This document shows, piece after piece, positions 24,159 to 40,195 of a DNA stretch of 64,000 nt. The notes beneath the pieces were generated by a model. That model ran no database searches. It was given only the letters and a program-made list of their open reading frames with translations, and had not been told where the DNA came from. A program made the translations under genes and the position numbers. Position 1 is the first letter of the stretch; the number at the start of each line of letters is the position of its first letter. The stretch covers positions 65,782,001 through 65,846,000 of the forward strand of contig OX597822.1 of the NCBI GenBank assembly GCA_951406725.2, read 5' to 3'. Source of the stretch: Octopus vulgaris (lineage: Eukaryota).

Positions 24159-26630
24159 TAACCATGGTTGATGTAACATCACAAAATAGACACGGTTGAA
24201 TAGTTTAATACTCAACGTGTTTTATAATACCGTTACAATTCAATAACTTCACAAGCTTCACTGCAACATGATAATGTTTCCTGTAGCCAACATTTTTAGA
24301 AATAAATTAGTTCACATTAGACAGATTAATGCCATGTCTGATTTTTATTCAACAAATTTCTTATAATAGAAATGTCAAAGCGAGACCCTTTCTCGTTTAA
24401 GTGTGCATTGCTAACACTATATTATTCAAGGTCATCGAGCAACCTTCTTTAGCGAGATTATTTTATCTAATAGAGCGCATCTTAAGAAATGTATAGACGC
24501 GATAGCCATTCTCTGTATGCCATGCTACTCAAAAAATATTTCCTGCTGAAGCATTAGAATCATAATCGACTGAAAATTGCCAACTCTCGTGAAGTTATTC
24601 AGGTAAATTTTCTCAAAGAAATGAACGCATGAGAGCATCTATGCGGTTGTTGGACGTCTAAAAATAGTAGCAAATTCTTCTTCAAATGATGTCATACTGA
24701 CGCCTCGATTAACACATTCAGCAGTATACAGTTAGTCATTTTGGGCAAATATTGTAACGTTGATCTGCCATTAAGGCCACACTATTGCCTAAGCAATATC
24801 AACAACACATTCCTTTACTTAATTACTGTTAGCTATGTTTGAAAATTCAGTTATACTCATTTTCAAACAGGTAAATTAAAAGAACAGTGAGAGAAACGTT
24901 TCTCATTATGCAATTCGACCATGTGTCCGGCACTTCTTCCTCTCTGACTCTCTACCACTAATTACTTTTTGATTATATCTCGTACTACAATACCAAAATA
25001 CGAGGCGTTATCAAAAAGCTATATTAGCTCTTTTATCAACTCTTTTGATGTCAGTGACAACAATTGTTGGAACTAACTTCACATTCATACCCTAAACTGG
25101 AATACTTGCGCTTTTCAAAAATCAAAATTCCCTACATTGCCAGGGAACTAAAACTTAAAAGTGGAATCTCACCCAACAGTAAGGACACGTTGAGCAATTT
25201 AGTCCTAGATTCTTAAAACGTAAGAGAACGGTAAAATAATGATGGCTGGAATATCTAGGGATCTGCATCTAACTTGAGGATGAAAATGATGACAATGAGA
25301 AGAACCTCATTCAAATATATTTGAAGTCCAGACATTGATATTTCGGCAGCTTCGAATGAAAAGCGAAGTGGTGGTGTATGTTTCCTACACATCGTTGTTG
25401 GGCCAAATGAATGACCTTATACACACACACACACACACACATACACACACACGCACGCACGCAAAGACACACACACACACACGCACGCACAGACACACAC
25501 ACTGACACACTAACCTGTATCCTTAAATAAATTCTAAGGCAGAATCTGCGTGAGGCAGTATGAGACCACACTGTGCGTTTAGCATTATAGCTACAATTCA
25601 TGCGGCGGCATTTTACATAGTTTTTGTATATCTATTATTATTTACATTTTATGGGTTGACACAAACCTACAGACAATGGTATATCGCTCAAGATGCCCCG
25701 TTGAGGGACCGAAACCAAAACATTATGGATGTGAAGCAAAATACCTTAACATTTAGCCATACTACGAGATGATCTACGGATAAATGGTTACAAAGTTCGG
25801 TTCTTAATCATTAGATTAGTTTAAAATTTGCTGCAGGTCATACTGAAGAAGTATCGTTGATGCATAGACCTGTGTCGACTTGAGAATGAAAGTAGGTAGG
25901 CGGGAAACCTACGGCAATTCCTGAAATGGATTGTACATGCTATTTGAAAAACGAGCATTTCTTGGCTTTTGCAAATCTTTAAATGTTGTCAGTGTAAGGA
26001 AAGGCAGGTACATGGATGTACACATAGACACACATCTACGCACTCATAGGCTATTGAGGAAATATCCTAAAGGTTCAACGAAGATGGACACAATCGGAAG
26101 CTACTTGGCTTTAAATTATCATCTTATACATGTGGACGATACATAAAAAAAATTTTTTATTCATAGTGGTACGTGAATATACATCTACGAGTATATGAGC
26201 ATTAGTGAAAACTGGTGTGTATATAATGAATAAATGAAGTGTGAATATTTTTTAATGCAACGTGACATTACATAATGTGATAAATAAGTAGGGTAATTAA
26301 TATTGTAGTAGAATAATATTATGGAAGCAGAGAAAAGAAAAAAATATATATAGATGCAAAATAACATTAACATGAACCATGTTGTTATCCATCATACACA
26401 CACAAACACACACACACACATACACACACACAAACACACTCGTACGCCTTCCCGCACTAACACATAACACACTGCACTTTCACACATTTGTGTGTGAGTC
26501 TATTTGTTTTATTCTATGTATGCATGTATGTATTATGTATGCATGTGAGGATGTATACATGTGTATATGTATCTGTCTCTCTCTCTCTTCATATATATAT
26601 TTGTAAATTTACAGATGCATATATTTATAT

Positions 26631-26680
<50 letters not shown>

Positions 26681-27363
26681 TATTTATATTAAGGGCATTA
26701 CTATACATAAATATCTCGCGCTATGAGGGACTCTTAAAGTCAAAACTACCATAATAAAAGATTTTAACCTATTTTTAATTTGTGTTTATATATACATACA
26801 TACATACATACATACATACATACATACATACATACATAAGTAGAAATAGGAGAAAAACGTACATATTCTCTCTTTACACACTGACGTATACAGATATACA
26901 CAAACACGTAGATATATAAAGGAAGCCGGTATGCTGTGCGCATATGTGGGGTAACCACAGGAAAAGAGAGTGATAATGGTCTGGACGGAAAATCAATAAG
27001 TAATTTAGTTTATATAATGAGCCATATTTGAAACCGATATATTTTCCATAATTAACACGGTTCACCTGTAGTGTGCTATCTTCCTGAAATAGAATTATAA
27101 AGTGACTTACAGACACAGGATTAATTATAATGACGTATAAGAAATCTAGTTATATATCCCAGTTTATTTTCATTAAATTTCAAGTATAAATTTTACCAAC
27201 ACGCCTGTCTATTGAAGAAGCGTTTACTCACACGCAAAATACACGCGCGCGCACACTCACGCACAAACACGCACGTATATGTATTATATATATGCGTATA
27301 TGTATAGGTTACATGTATAAAAAAATATCTATTTAATCATCTATTCACAGACGCACACACACA

Positions 27364-27394
<31 letters not shown>

Positions 27395-27540
27395 GCGCGC
27401 GCGCACACACACACACTCATACATATGCGCACACATTCTTTTATACTTCAACTTGTTTCAGTCATTTGACTGCGGCCATGCTGACGCGCAGACGCACAAA
27501 CATATATATTTACTGCGATTAAAATATTTATATATATATG

Positions 27541-27610
<70 letters not shown>

Positions 27611-27695
27611 CAAAAATTAATTACTGACTGTATAGATGTATACACATATTTATTTATGTTCACTTCTGTGTCTCATTCATTATATATAAATATAT

Positions 27696-27745
<50 letters not shown>

Positions 27746-28086
27746 GCATATATATAAATATATATACACACACATTTCTATTTAATACGTATACACGTAT
27801 ATATGTACGTTAAACAGATCTGTGGTTGAATATGCAGATTTTCCAGTGACTTTACAAAATGATGTTCTGGCATGAATTATATTCATTTTTTTTTATTGCC
27901 AGGAACATCTGCATGGCATGTAATTATTTCTGCTGACATGCCATATAATGGCGGATAATGTCGTAAAAAATATCGCAACACATGAAACAACTGAGAGTCA
28001 TACTTACCGAGCTAGCATAATTACACACAAAAGTAGACTTACCAACATAAGAGAAACGTTAAACATTGACACTTTTAAACTCGACC

Positions 28087-28163
<77 letters not shown>

Positions 28164-28180
28164 TGTTTATATGTATATGC

Positions 28181-28236
<56 letters not shown>

Positions 28237-28241
28237 GTATA

Positions 28242-28277
<36 letters not shown>

Positions 28278-28810
28278 CATGCCTACATAAACATATATAT
28301 ATCAATATATGCATTGATAGATTGATATATAGATAAATGGACGTAGATATATACGCTCAGATTCACATGCGGTGATCATCTTACGTGATATATCATGTAA
28401 TAGCTAAAATGTGTATACTTTAGAATATGACACAACATTAGCATTAATCTTGGCCACATAAGATGCTATGTTTTATGATATATTAACTGGGTCTCACATA
28501 AAATACACATTTACTGAAACAGGCACGCACACGCACAAAATAACTCATCCAATATTCCAGACACACACCCAAACGCACAGGCAGACTCACGTACGTACAC
28601 ACATTTGTATAAACTCCGGCTATTTCATCCTTAATTGTTGATTGAGGATAAGATGGTAATATGGACACTGCTGTTGGTAAATATAAAATTTATATTAATA
28701 TGATTATTTATTTAGATATATTAATTGATAGTTTGGGTTCTTACATATATTTGCCAATTTGATTTAAAGTACATATATACATACGTATATACATGCATAT
28801 ATATACATAC

Positions 28811-28854
<44 letters not shown>

Positions 28855-28858
<4 letters not shown>

Positions 28859-29072
28859 AATCCAAATATGAAAGCACAAAAAATACAAGAACGAGGGATG
28901 TGGAACAAATATAGTATTATTGGACGCTCAGGAAAGAAGGAAAGAAGGAAAGAAGGAAAGAAGGAAAGAAGGAGGTTTTAACGTTTCGAGCGGAGCTCTT
29001 CGTCGGAAACATAGGAGAAGGGAAGACAGAGGAAAAAACTCGCCAACGGTACACACGCGGTCATATTTTGAA
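28855..29072 (-). mobile_element. Short PLE pLTR-like element with minimal hammerhead-like motif (28975-29010)
   Basis: Minus strand reads GUUU-CCGACGA-A-GAGC(UCC)GCUC-GAAACGUUA-AAAC. Embedded in (TA)n. Confidence 0.6.
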
Positions 29073-29089
29073 TATAAATACATTTATAC

Positions 29090-29135
<46 letters not shown>

Positions 29136-29169
29136 ATACAAACATATACTGTCTTTAATTTGATTCACT

Positions 29170-29376
29170 CTCTTGTTGCAGCCATGTTGGAGAAAAGGCT
29201 TAAATGTATTTTAGTCGAAGACATTGACCCCAGAACTTATTCCTTGTACGCCTAGTACTTATTCCATCTCTCATTTTTGCCGAACTGCCAAGTTATGGGG
29301 ACATAAACATACAAGCGCCGTGTGTCAAGCGATGCTGTGGAGGGGTGCAAATACAGACAGTCACACACACACCCAC

Positions 29377-29448
<72 letters not shown>

Positions 29449-29510
29449 GTATATATATATACGACGGCTTCTTCCGGTTCCATCTATCAAATCTATTCAC
29501 AAGGCTATAG
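29170..29510 (-). mobile_element. SINE family C, degraded
   Basis: Similarity to 33172-33580. Confidence 0.75.
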
Positions 29511-29878
29511 ACTGTTAAATTGCTTATAAGCCACCCGTATTATTTGTAGTTTTCACTTCTACCGTTTTCCAAATCAGTACATGTTTTTAACAATATTTAG
29601 TATAAGTTGACGAGGTGAGTTGAGGTTAACCCTAGGCGCAGTAAGGGCCACTGATGAGAATTAAGATGCTCTGCATCAAAATTCGAAATTTCTAGTTATA
29701 TGGCTATGTCTGCGACCGTGGGGAGCTTTGTCTCCCTTGTCAGCTAATTAAGATAATGATCTTTTTGCTAATGAGTCGGTTTGACTCATATTTCGAGCAA
29801 TACCGCTAACACATCGAACCCTTTGTCACTTTAGTGACGTCTATAAATTTGCTTTTAGGTTGTTAAATTGCTAATAAG

Positions 29879-29910
<32 letters not shown>

Positions 29911-29913
<3 letters not shown>

Positions 29914-30190
29914 ATGAAATCCGTTCTGTCCGCGTGTGTGTGTGTCTTCTCGGATCTCGGGCATCCTTGATCCGATGGCGCTCAAATTTGATATGCAGAT
30001 ACCGACAATATCAGGGCGTATGTAAATTTTTAAAAAATTACAAAAATCGATTCCAGGTAAGAATGCGATCGAGAAAGCCGTTTTTGTCCTGCTTTTCTTC
30101 GGTCAACCTGTACATAACTGCACCTTCCGTTTTCTGTTGTTTTATACTGCTTACTGTTTAAACCATGTTTGTGTTCTCCCAGTCAACAGA
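29911..30190 (+). mobile_element. Unclassified non-autonomous element, possibly Helitron/Helentron-derived
   Basis: Starts in (TA)n with ctgtccgcgtgtgtg...tgatccgatggcgctcaaatttg, reminiscent of HINE-type 5' ends. Boundaries uncertain. Confidence 0.3.
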
Positions 30191-31956
30191 CTTTTCATTA
30201 CTGGTATTTTAATGTTTTCGGTTGCATATTTGTATGAATAAAATCGTTTTTCTTTGGAATAGAAAAAAGTCTATCTATATTTCTGCTTTTGATGGTGTCT
30301 CAAATTTAGGTTAAATCAGTGTTTCTCAAAGGGGACGGTCGTTGTTTTGAGAAAATTTGGTTTAAACGTATGACAACTCAGCACCATCCATTGGACGGTA
30401 GGTGTTTTGCTCGTATATGTATATATATATATATAATGACAGAATGAATGTAAAGAATTTTAAGTGTAACATTAATATAATGTCTGTAGTTTTTATTGAA
30501 GAATTATTGCAGTCGGCTTCATACAACTTACATTTATTATATACTGAGGCCATTTTCGCTTGTTATTATTGTTTGTTAGCATCTACTGAATTGCGAAGTT
30601 TATTTATTCCATTAGTGACTAACGCAGCTTTTAATTAAGTATGCTGCACATTCTGTATTTTCATTTGGTATTTCAATTATGCAGAACCACACACGGAATA
30701 TTCGTTAACAATGCTGAATAAGAAATATCTAAAAGAATTCGAACGCGTATTGAAAAATATACCAAGTTGAACATATCAATTAGCTGAGCGTTGGAAAATT
30801 CGTATTTGAAACATTAAAATCACATGTTCGAAATATACGAACGTTAAGTGATCTCGATATTTCTACTTAAGCTAGGAAAATTACATAAACCTTTTATTTC
30901 AAGCATAAAATTTGATGATATATATATTTAGATACATACATAAATATATATATACTTACATATATATATATATACATACATAAATATATATACAGGAGCT
31001 AGCTGAAAAGCCGCCCGATATATATATATATGGTTATACCATTTGTTTTATTTCCTATAAAATATAATTTTCGAACCGAATATTAAAGTAAAAATAAAGG
31101 ATACATTTTCTAGCAGAGAAGAACTATGTAATATTTGAAGACCACAATACTGCTGACTGACTAAACGTAAGATCAAGTATTTTATGAATTTTCTCATTTC
31201 GACAGAGAATTTACTGCAAAGCTAGTAAAAATTGGAAATACTCTATGTTATATTATTCAGTTGCTATTTTCACTATAACGCTATATAATCTCATGGAATT
31301 TTCTTATTCTGATTTGATATCCCTAAACACTCGTTAGACTCAAACATTAATTAAGGAAAACGCATATGTGTTGTAACCGTACACATATATTTGTATAAGC
31401 ACGTTTCACTCTGAATATATTTCTTGAAACCGTCCAAACTAGATTCACCTCTAATATATCATGACAATATTTAATATATCATAATTTTCGCCCGCCCGTA
31501 TTATTTACATCTTCTATTTCACTTTCTTTATTATCATTTTTCGTTTTCGGAATGCATATTTCCCCATTGTTTTCCATATTTCTTTGCATCTTTATTAGTT
31601 GTGTATACTTTGGCTTCAGAAAATGATTAAGAAATTTTATGCAGACGAGAGCGTTACGCCCCTCATAATGATATATACATTCCCGCAAGTTCCCATGCAA
31701 ACCAACCCCACATTTTTTTGTTAGAATATTCCGATAAACTCTGATATTTGCTTAATTATATTAATGATTTGTTTACTAGATCTCAAAATTTGAGTTACAA
31801 TAAAATAAAAGACTCATCATTTTAGTATTGATAGCACTAATTTTGTTACCATCAATATATGATATATATATATATATATATATACACAAGCATATGCACA
31901 CATAAACACATATACATACATTTATACACACACACATACATACATACATACATACA

Positions 31957-31992
<36 letters not shown>

Positions 31993-32256
31993 TATATATG
32001 TTTTCATATATAACGCTTTTATATAAATATAAATAAAAATATATTGGTATTTTCGTTTTAGGCCTCCGAAGGGCTCCTTTGCATTTGTATCGAATTCATA
32101 TATTAATAATTCAACAGAAACATAATTGTAGTACATAAAATTATAAGAACACAACAATCTATGTAGAACACATCTAAATTCTTAGAAAACAAATATCGGT
32201 CCCTATCTAATTCTCTTTCTCCATCTCTCACTCGCTATTTCCACTCTGTATTTATG

Positions 32257-32322
<66 letters not shown>

Positions 32323-33135
32323 TATAATATTCATGCGTACAGAATTTGGAACGTATTTGACCTATTTGCAGTAATTCGTTTGCGTGCATGCATAATTTAC
32401 TTCTAACATTTTTGTATTGTTTTCTTGTTTTCGTGTGCTACATGGCATTCTTTGTTTAGATGCAATGTCTTGTATTTATTAAGACTAAAAATGGTATGTC
32501 ATGAATGCATTTCTAATTTGAAGAAACGTTAAAATTTTGTACTAGATTGAAGTTTATAATTCAAGTTTTTTTTATATGCAGAATATAATCTACATTGACC
32601 GCCGAGGTCGACTTTGCCTTTCATCATTTCCTGGTCGATGAATTAAGTACCATTTGCGTACTGGAGTCGATCTATTCGAATGCCGACCTCAAATAATTCG
32701 GGCCTTGTGCCTAGAGTAGAAAAGAATATAACCAACATCGAACTAAGCATATACACTACATATCGATCTTAGGCAAAATGAGGAGAGCATTTACGAGGTC
32801 ACTAACACTGCAAAAATAGAAGCTAATTCTCTCTCAAGTAACACTGTACTTTCTAAATAAAGGAATGACGTAAAAACTAACTCTGTCTACCTACATTATG
32901 TTTCATAAATACCTTTATTGCATGCACAGGTGGGGCTATTTATAATGCATGGGATTAAAAGTAACAACAAATGATTTCTAGTTGTTATTCTTCGCTTTTA
33001 ACATTGAACATTTTGCCGTATTTTCTATTTATCCTCTAAATATGGAAGGATTCTTTACGCCTGGTAATGTTATGTTTTCCTATATAAGTTTGCTCATAGC
33101 TCGTTTTTATTACAGCGCACACATATGTTTATTTG

Positions 33136-33171
<36 letters not shown>

Positions 33172-33175
<4 letters not shown>

Positions 33176-33580
33176 CTCTCTTTTACTTGTTTCAATCTTG
33201 TGACTGTGGCCATGCTGGAGCACCGACTTTAGTCGAGCAAATCGACGCCAGGACATATTCTTTGTAAGCTTAGTACTTATTCTATCGGTCTGTTTTGCCG
33301 AATCGCTCAGTTATGGGGATGTAAACACCCCACCATCGGTTCTCAAGCGATGTTGGGGGGGGGGCAAACACAGACACACAAACATATACACACACATACA
33401 TATATATGTAGATATATTCGAAGGGCTTCTTTCAGTTTCCGTCTTCCAAATCCACTCACAATGCTTTGTTCGGCCCGAGGCTATAGTAGAAGACACTTGC
33501 CCAAGGTGCTACGCAGTGGGACTGAACCCGGAACCATGTGGTTGGTAAGCAAGCTACTTACCACACAGCCACTCCTATGT
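33172..33580 (-). mobile_element. Full-length SINE family C
   Basis: Complete head-to-tail copy, used as the reference for split copies. Confidence 0.9.
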
Positions 33581-33609
33581 ATGTATATATATATGTTTGT
33601 ATGTGTCAA

Positions 33610-33659
<50 letters not shown>

Positions 33660-33846
33660 TATATAAAAGTAATATGGGTGTATAAAGGTTAATGTAGATT
33701 CGTCCTTCAATTGGAGGTTTCCAGAAACGATTTCTAATGTTTATTTGTCATATCTTGCTGGGAGTTTACTGGTGTAAATTTGCATAGATATGAAAGTAGT
33801 ACATGTATATAATGTATGATGAATTGATGGAATGAAGTTCCACAAA

Positions 33847-33978
33847 TCCCATCAATTTCGTTAAGAATGGAGGAAACAAGTTATCAAAATTTATAAGAAG
33901 CTTGAAATTCTTGCAAGAATGAAACTTCTTATAAATTTTAATAACTTGTTTCCTCCATTCTTAACGAAATTGATGGGA
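33847..33978. repeat. Hairpin with 54-bp inverted arms
   Basis: Arms 33847-33900 and 33925-33978, one mismatch. The spacer contains the palindrome attcttgcaagaat. Confidence 0.92.
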
Positions 33979-34441
33979 ATTCATCATACGTTATATATAT
34001 ATATACCCGAGGTCGATTTCGTTGGTTAAAGTTTCTCAAGACCTTGCCACAGGATCTCCCCAATCTAGCGAGTGTATCAAAGAAACACCCATAACTAGAC
34101 ATATATCGACACATGCATTCACACACACACACACACACGCACACACACGCACACATACACACACACACAAAGACACACACGCGCACTCACATGTGCATAT
34201 ATCTATTTGCAAAAATAGGTTTCAGGTGTGACTCTATCGTGGCGGCTTAGTATACAATGCCCGTTCGTAAACCTATGGATCTCTCTCTATTATCAATCTC
34301 TGCACGCATTCGTGCATGCTTGCTTTCTTGTAATATACAAACACATGTATTTATATACGTGCATAATTGCATAGCTACACACAGACTCATACGTACATAT
34401 ACTTGCAAATACAGTCATGTTGTACAGGGCTGTATGTTGAA

Positions 34442-34488
<47 letters not shown>

Positions 34489-34506
34489 TAAATATATATA
34501 TATATA

Positions 34507-34692
34507 GGGAGAGAGAGTTTACGAAAAAAACAAAAGACGAAGACAGGTGGTGTACAAAACAAACAGATGTATTAGTATAACGCTCAGGAATAGAAAAAGT
34601 CTTTTACGTTTCGAGCCTAAGCTCTTCTACAGAAAGGGACACAGAAAAAAGGAGAGAAATAAGGAGTGAAAAAAATGCGTGTAGTGGCTAAT
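34507..34692 (-). mobile_element. Short PLE pLTR-like element with minimal hammerhead-like motif (34601-34636)
   Basis: Minus strand reads CUUU-CUGUAGA-A-GAGC(UUAG)GCUC-GAAACGUA-AAAG. Homologous to 45276-45430. Confidence 0.62.
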
Positions 34693-34729
34693 ACACGCAT
34701 ATATAAACTCATATTTGCATATATATGTG

Positions 34730-35582
<853 letters not shown>

Positions 35583-35585
<3 letters not shown>

Positions 35586-35873
35586 ACGTGATCACGTGAC
35601 CGACCAGACCATCAGATGTTGTTACACATCGCTGGTCACAATGCGTTCGCATTGTTTTAGCCTTCGAGTGACGCCACCCCGCGAGCAGGCCAACAGAAGA
35701 AAAAGTGAGAGAAAGAGTGGTGAAAGAGTACAGCATGGATCACCACCCCCTGCCGGTTCGTGGAGCTTTTAAGTGTTTTCGCTCAATAAAGAATCACATC
35801 GCCCGGACTGGGAATCGAAACCGCGATCCTACGACCGCGAGTCCGCTGCCCTGACCACTGAGCCATTGCGCCT

Positions 35874-35875
<2 letters not shown>
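35583..35875 (-). mobile_element. tRNA-derived SINE (OR-type), short form
   Basis: Minus-strand head GGAGGCGCAATGGCTCAGTGGTCAGGGCAGCGGACTCGCGG...GGTTTCGATTCCC. Shares its 5' ~190 bp with 9037-9554 but has a different 3' end. Confidence 0.85.
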
Positions 35876-35940
<65 letters not shown>

Positions 35941-38900
35941 TTATGCTTGAATATATGTATACATCCATCCTTCCATCCAACCATATATGTGTCTATCTAT
36001 CTATCTCTCTAACATATTTTTATAACTCCGATGAATGGGGAGAGACGAAATGATACATCATGGCGTTAGGTTTTTCTGGTACACCTGTGGAATCCATGTT
36101 GACAAAATATATCAGTATTTACCGACATATTAGAATATGTACATCATGTACATGTAGTTTAGCATATTTTTGGACGGACTGTAAATATGCATACAACGTA
36201 TCTCCAAGCAACTTTCTAGAAGACAAAAGACGCACCAGAACCAGCAATGGTGCCATTCCTTTGGAATAAATGACGCCGAAATTGTAGAGTTATCGATTAA
36301 ATGCAGAGACGAAGCAGCAATCCTAAACTTCATTATCGGAAACAAATCTGCTTTCATGGTAGTAGACTAGAGAAAAGAATACTAGAAAATAAACAAATTT
36401 AAGATGTAGAAAATTGATTAGACAATTGGTAAATGCCCTTGAAACTTGTGGCCATTGAAAGGAAAATTAACTTTATATTCACAGAATTACTGGAAGCATT
36501 CTAATTTCTACAGCCTTTGAAGAATTGTAATCACGTAAATGTTTTATTGAAATGAATAGAAAATATATAAGGGATGGTTTGAAGAAGAAATTGTTTCTCA
36601 GGATCCTAAGTTAGATGTAATGATATCTAATGAGATATAATGAAAGTTTACAAACTCTAGAGCCATATCTCTTACAAGAGGAATAAGTATTTATAAAGTG
36701 TAGCAATATGAATAATGGCAAACTGTAGTATAGCTATGTTTTATCTGAATTATGAGTGACTAACAAACGTTTTATATCGTTAGATACCAAGATATGAAAT
36801 TCACAAAGCCACAGAGCCTAAAACGATTCACAAAACCACAGAGTCCTTCGTTATTCATCAATAGTCCATTGAGTATTCAAAAATATATTACCAGTTGAAA
36901 TAAAGATACATATTGCGAAAATAGTTACGAAAGTGTTGAAATAACAGGGTATGTTCAGGCGTATAAATGACATTATTAGCAAGGTGGTGTTGAAGTGGCA
37001 GCATCTGAGAGATATATATGTTTAGAAAAGAATTTTGTGTGAAAGATGCAATGATGGACGCTTTCTATTCAGCATAATTACATTGACAACAAATAAGTTT
37101 TTGTGAATTTAATGAGACGGTATAAAACTAAAAGGATTTAGGGTAGGGCAAAATGATTTGAGCAGTTTTAAAATGTAAACAAGATGAGATATTTTAAAAA
37201 CATCTTAGAAAAAAGGATAAGTAGTGGTAATCATTTCTATGTTCATTCTCGTATCTTTGATTTATTTTTCCTTTTACCTGATAAATTGTCTTTGAATCCT
37301 TTGTTTAGGACGTCATATTTTTCATTCCAATATGCCATGTTTTATTTATTACTATATATATCGTTGCTATTATGCAAAAGTGTCGTAAATCCGAAACGTT
37401 GCTTTTTCAGCAAAGGAATTAGTTTCAACATTCCATAACAAAACAAGACTTCGCTTCATGTGAATATTACTGTCTTCTTTAAGTCTACAGGATACACACC
37501 CATGCATAGGGCTTTTAATGATATGCTGAGACTATCACATTTAGGTCTTCTCTGAGGTACGTTAGTCCGACTGTTTTGTTGGTATATGGGAGAGCATCAG
37601 AAAGAGAGTGCTTCCTGGGAAGCTCGCCGCCGGCTTGTAGGATACTGTTCTCTTCATTTTTAATCGTAAGGAATTTAAGTGTGTATGTATGTCTTTTCTA
37701 TTTTTTAATCATTATTAAACTTGCACTTAGGAGGGAGCCGGATTCCAACAAAGGTACAAGGCTCCTTCTTTGGGATGTAGTAACAGACAAATTCACATTT
37801 GGAACTTGAGGAAAGTCTTTTGCTGTTCCATTAACAGACTGGACTTGTTATGTATGAATCAGTCAGTCAATTTCTCTTTCTGAAAATCCCAGTTTATCCA
37901 CATTCTCCTTTAAACACTTACTAACAGCGGTGGTGCCTCAGCATGGCCGCGGTCTTCGGGCAAAAACATTTTAAAGGATTTTAAGGATTAACAAAACATA
38001 TTATTGGTATGAATATGAATTCATGTATATATGTATGCATGTATGTATCTATCTATCTATTTATCTATCTATCTAACTATCAATATTTCTTGATATATGA
38101 TATATGATACACACATACAGATTTATATATATATATATATATACATACATGCATGCATACATACATACATACATACAGAGACATGGTGTGTACGTCAGCT
38201 GCTTGAGCAGATAACATTAAAGAAAGATAAAGAGACCAAACTTTAAATGCTTTCTCTTTTCAGCCCTAACATGGTAGTTTCGAATCTAGGCGTAGATTGT
38301 CGTGCTGTTCTCGACGCGAAGTGCTTTGTGTCTAAAATCAGAAAGGAGTCCACGCCCCTGGCAGGCAGGAGTTCTGTGGTCAAACGAATCAATATTCCCG
38401 ACGGTCAGAAACTGTCAGGAAAATGGAGTTTGCAGAGCAATCCCAGGACATCATTAACGAGAATCCCAGCAATTCAATGAAGAACAGTGCAAATCATTTC
38501 TCTTAATCAGAGACATTACTATGTCCCAGGAGAATCGTGTAATCCGGCTAAAGTGTTTACTGCACAAACTCAAGCACTATGAGGAAATCGACAATCTCTT
38601 GTTCTCAAGTAAGAAAAACATTGTCCAAGATCAAAATGTGAACAGTTGGGAATGGCATTGAGAGAAAGAGAGAGAGATATGGGGGAGAAGAGAGGAGGAG
38701 AGAGAGACTAATAGTCATGCCCACAATATCCAGAACTCGTTGATGTCTGTTATTAGGGACATTATGGTCAAGATGAATAACGATCATTTGGTAACATATT
38801 CAGTCGCATCAGAACCCGTATGAAGGCTGATGATTTTATTCTAAAGATATTCGTTATTTGTATGGAAGAATATACATAGCAGATTCTGCAAAAATATATT

Positions 38901-38979
38901 GGTTTTTTAAATATATACTTTTGAAATACATATTTTTGTTCTCCTCGAGTTAAAATTTTACTTTAAAACATCTGAGGCG

Positions 38980-39094
<115 letters not shown>

Positions 39095-39204
39095 TAGATA
39101 TAGAGAGAGAGAGAGAGGTTGTGTATATATAGATATATATTTATATGTAAATATTATAAATGTATGTAAGTGTGTGTGTGTATGTACGTGCGTTTGTTTG
39201 TATA

Positions 39205-39440
39205 CAGTAAACATTCACCATATAGCGGTTCACCTATCACGCCTTCAGTGCATCACGGATATCGCTGGTCTCTGAAACCCGACAGGTATTCGTACATTTT
39301 TAGATTTCGATTATTTCTCTCGTAAATTTAGCATTTTAAAGCCTAATATGTAAATAAAAATACAGTACAGTACTGTTTCTACTTCACGGATTTTCACCTA
39401 CCGCGCGGTTTTTTCGAGCGTAACACCCGCGATATTACTG
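39205..39440. mobile_element. Degraded pogo/Tigger-type MITE
   Basis: TA-CAGTAA...TTACTG ends, with internal ttcaccta.c.cg and aacacccgcgata subterminal motifs. Confidence 0.5.
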
Positions 39441-39449
39441 AATATATTT

Positions 39450-39840
39450 CATCTGTTTCAGTCATTAGACTGCTGCCATACTGGGGCACGGCTTTGAAGA
39501 ACTTTTACTCGAATGAATCGAGTCCAGTACTTCATTTTATGCTTGGTACTTTTTCAATCGGGTACTTTATGCCGAACTGCTAGATTACAGCAAACTTAAC
39601 AAACCAGCCCCGGTTGTCAAGCAGTGGTGGGGGAGCACAGACACAAAGACACACACACACATAAATATGTGTATATTGAGGTACACACAGACACACTCAC
39701 ATATATATGCTTCTTTCGCTTTCCGTATACCATATCCACTCAGGTGTATGTCCAAGGTGCCATGCAATGGGACTGAACACTGAATGCGGAGCTATATGGT
39801 TGGGAAGTAAACCTTATACCACACACGCTTCCACCTGCAT
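39450..39840 (-). mobile_element. Old SINE family C copy
   Basis: tgtttcagtcattagactgc tail through gggactgaac head. Confidence 0.7.
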
Positions 39841-40027
39841 ACGCATATATCTATATTTATGTGTGTGTATGTGTGTACATATATATATATATGTATATAT
39901 ACATATATATGCAAAAAGACCTATACCAATGCACACACTAACACTTACTTACCTCCCATATGTATACACATACACACGCACACATATATATATATGCATA
40001 CATAGAGAAAGACAGAGTTAGAGAGTG

Positions 40028-40195
<168 letters not shown>

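Noticed and set aside
35800-35875. Possible tRNA gene
   Set aside because: It is the tRNA-derived head of a SINE and continues into SINE body shared with 9037-9554.
36180-36520. Possible exon or very old RTE-type RT remnant
   Set aside because: Only vague motif resemblance with many stops; too decayed to call.
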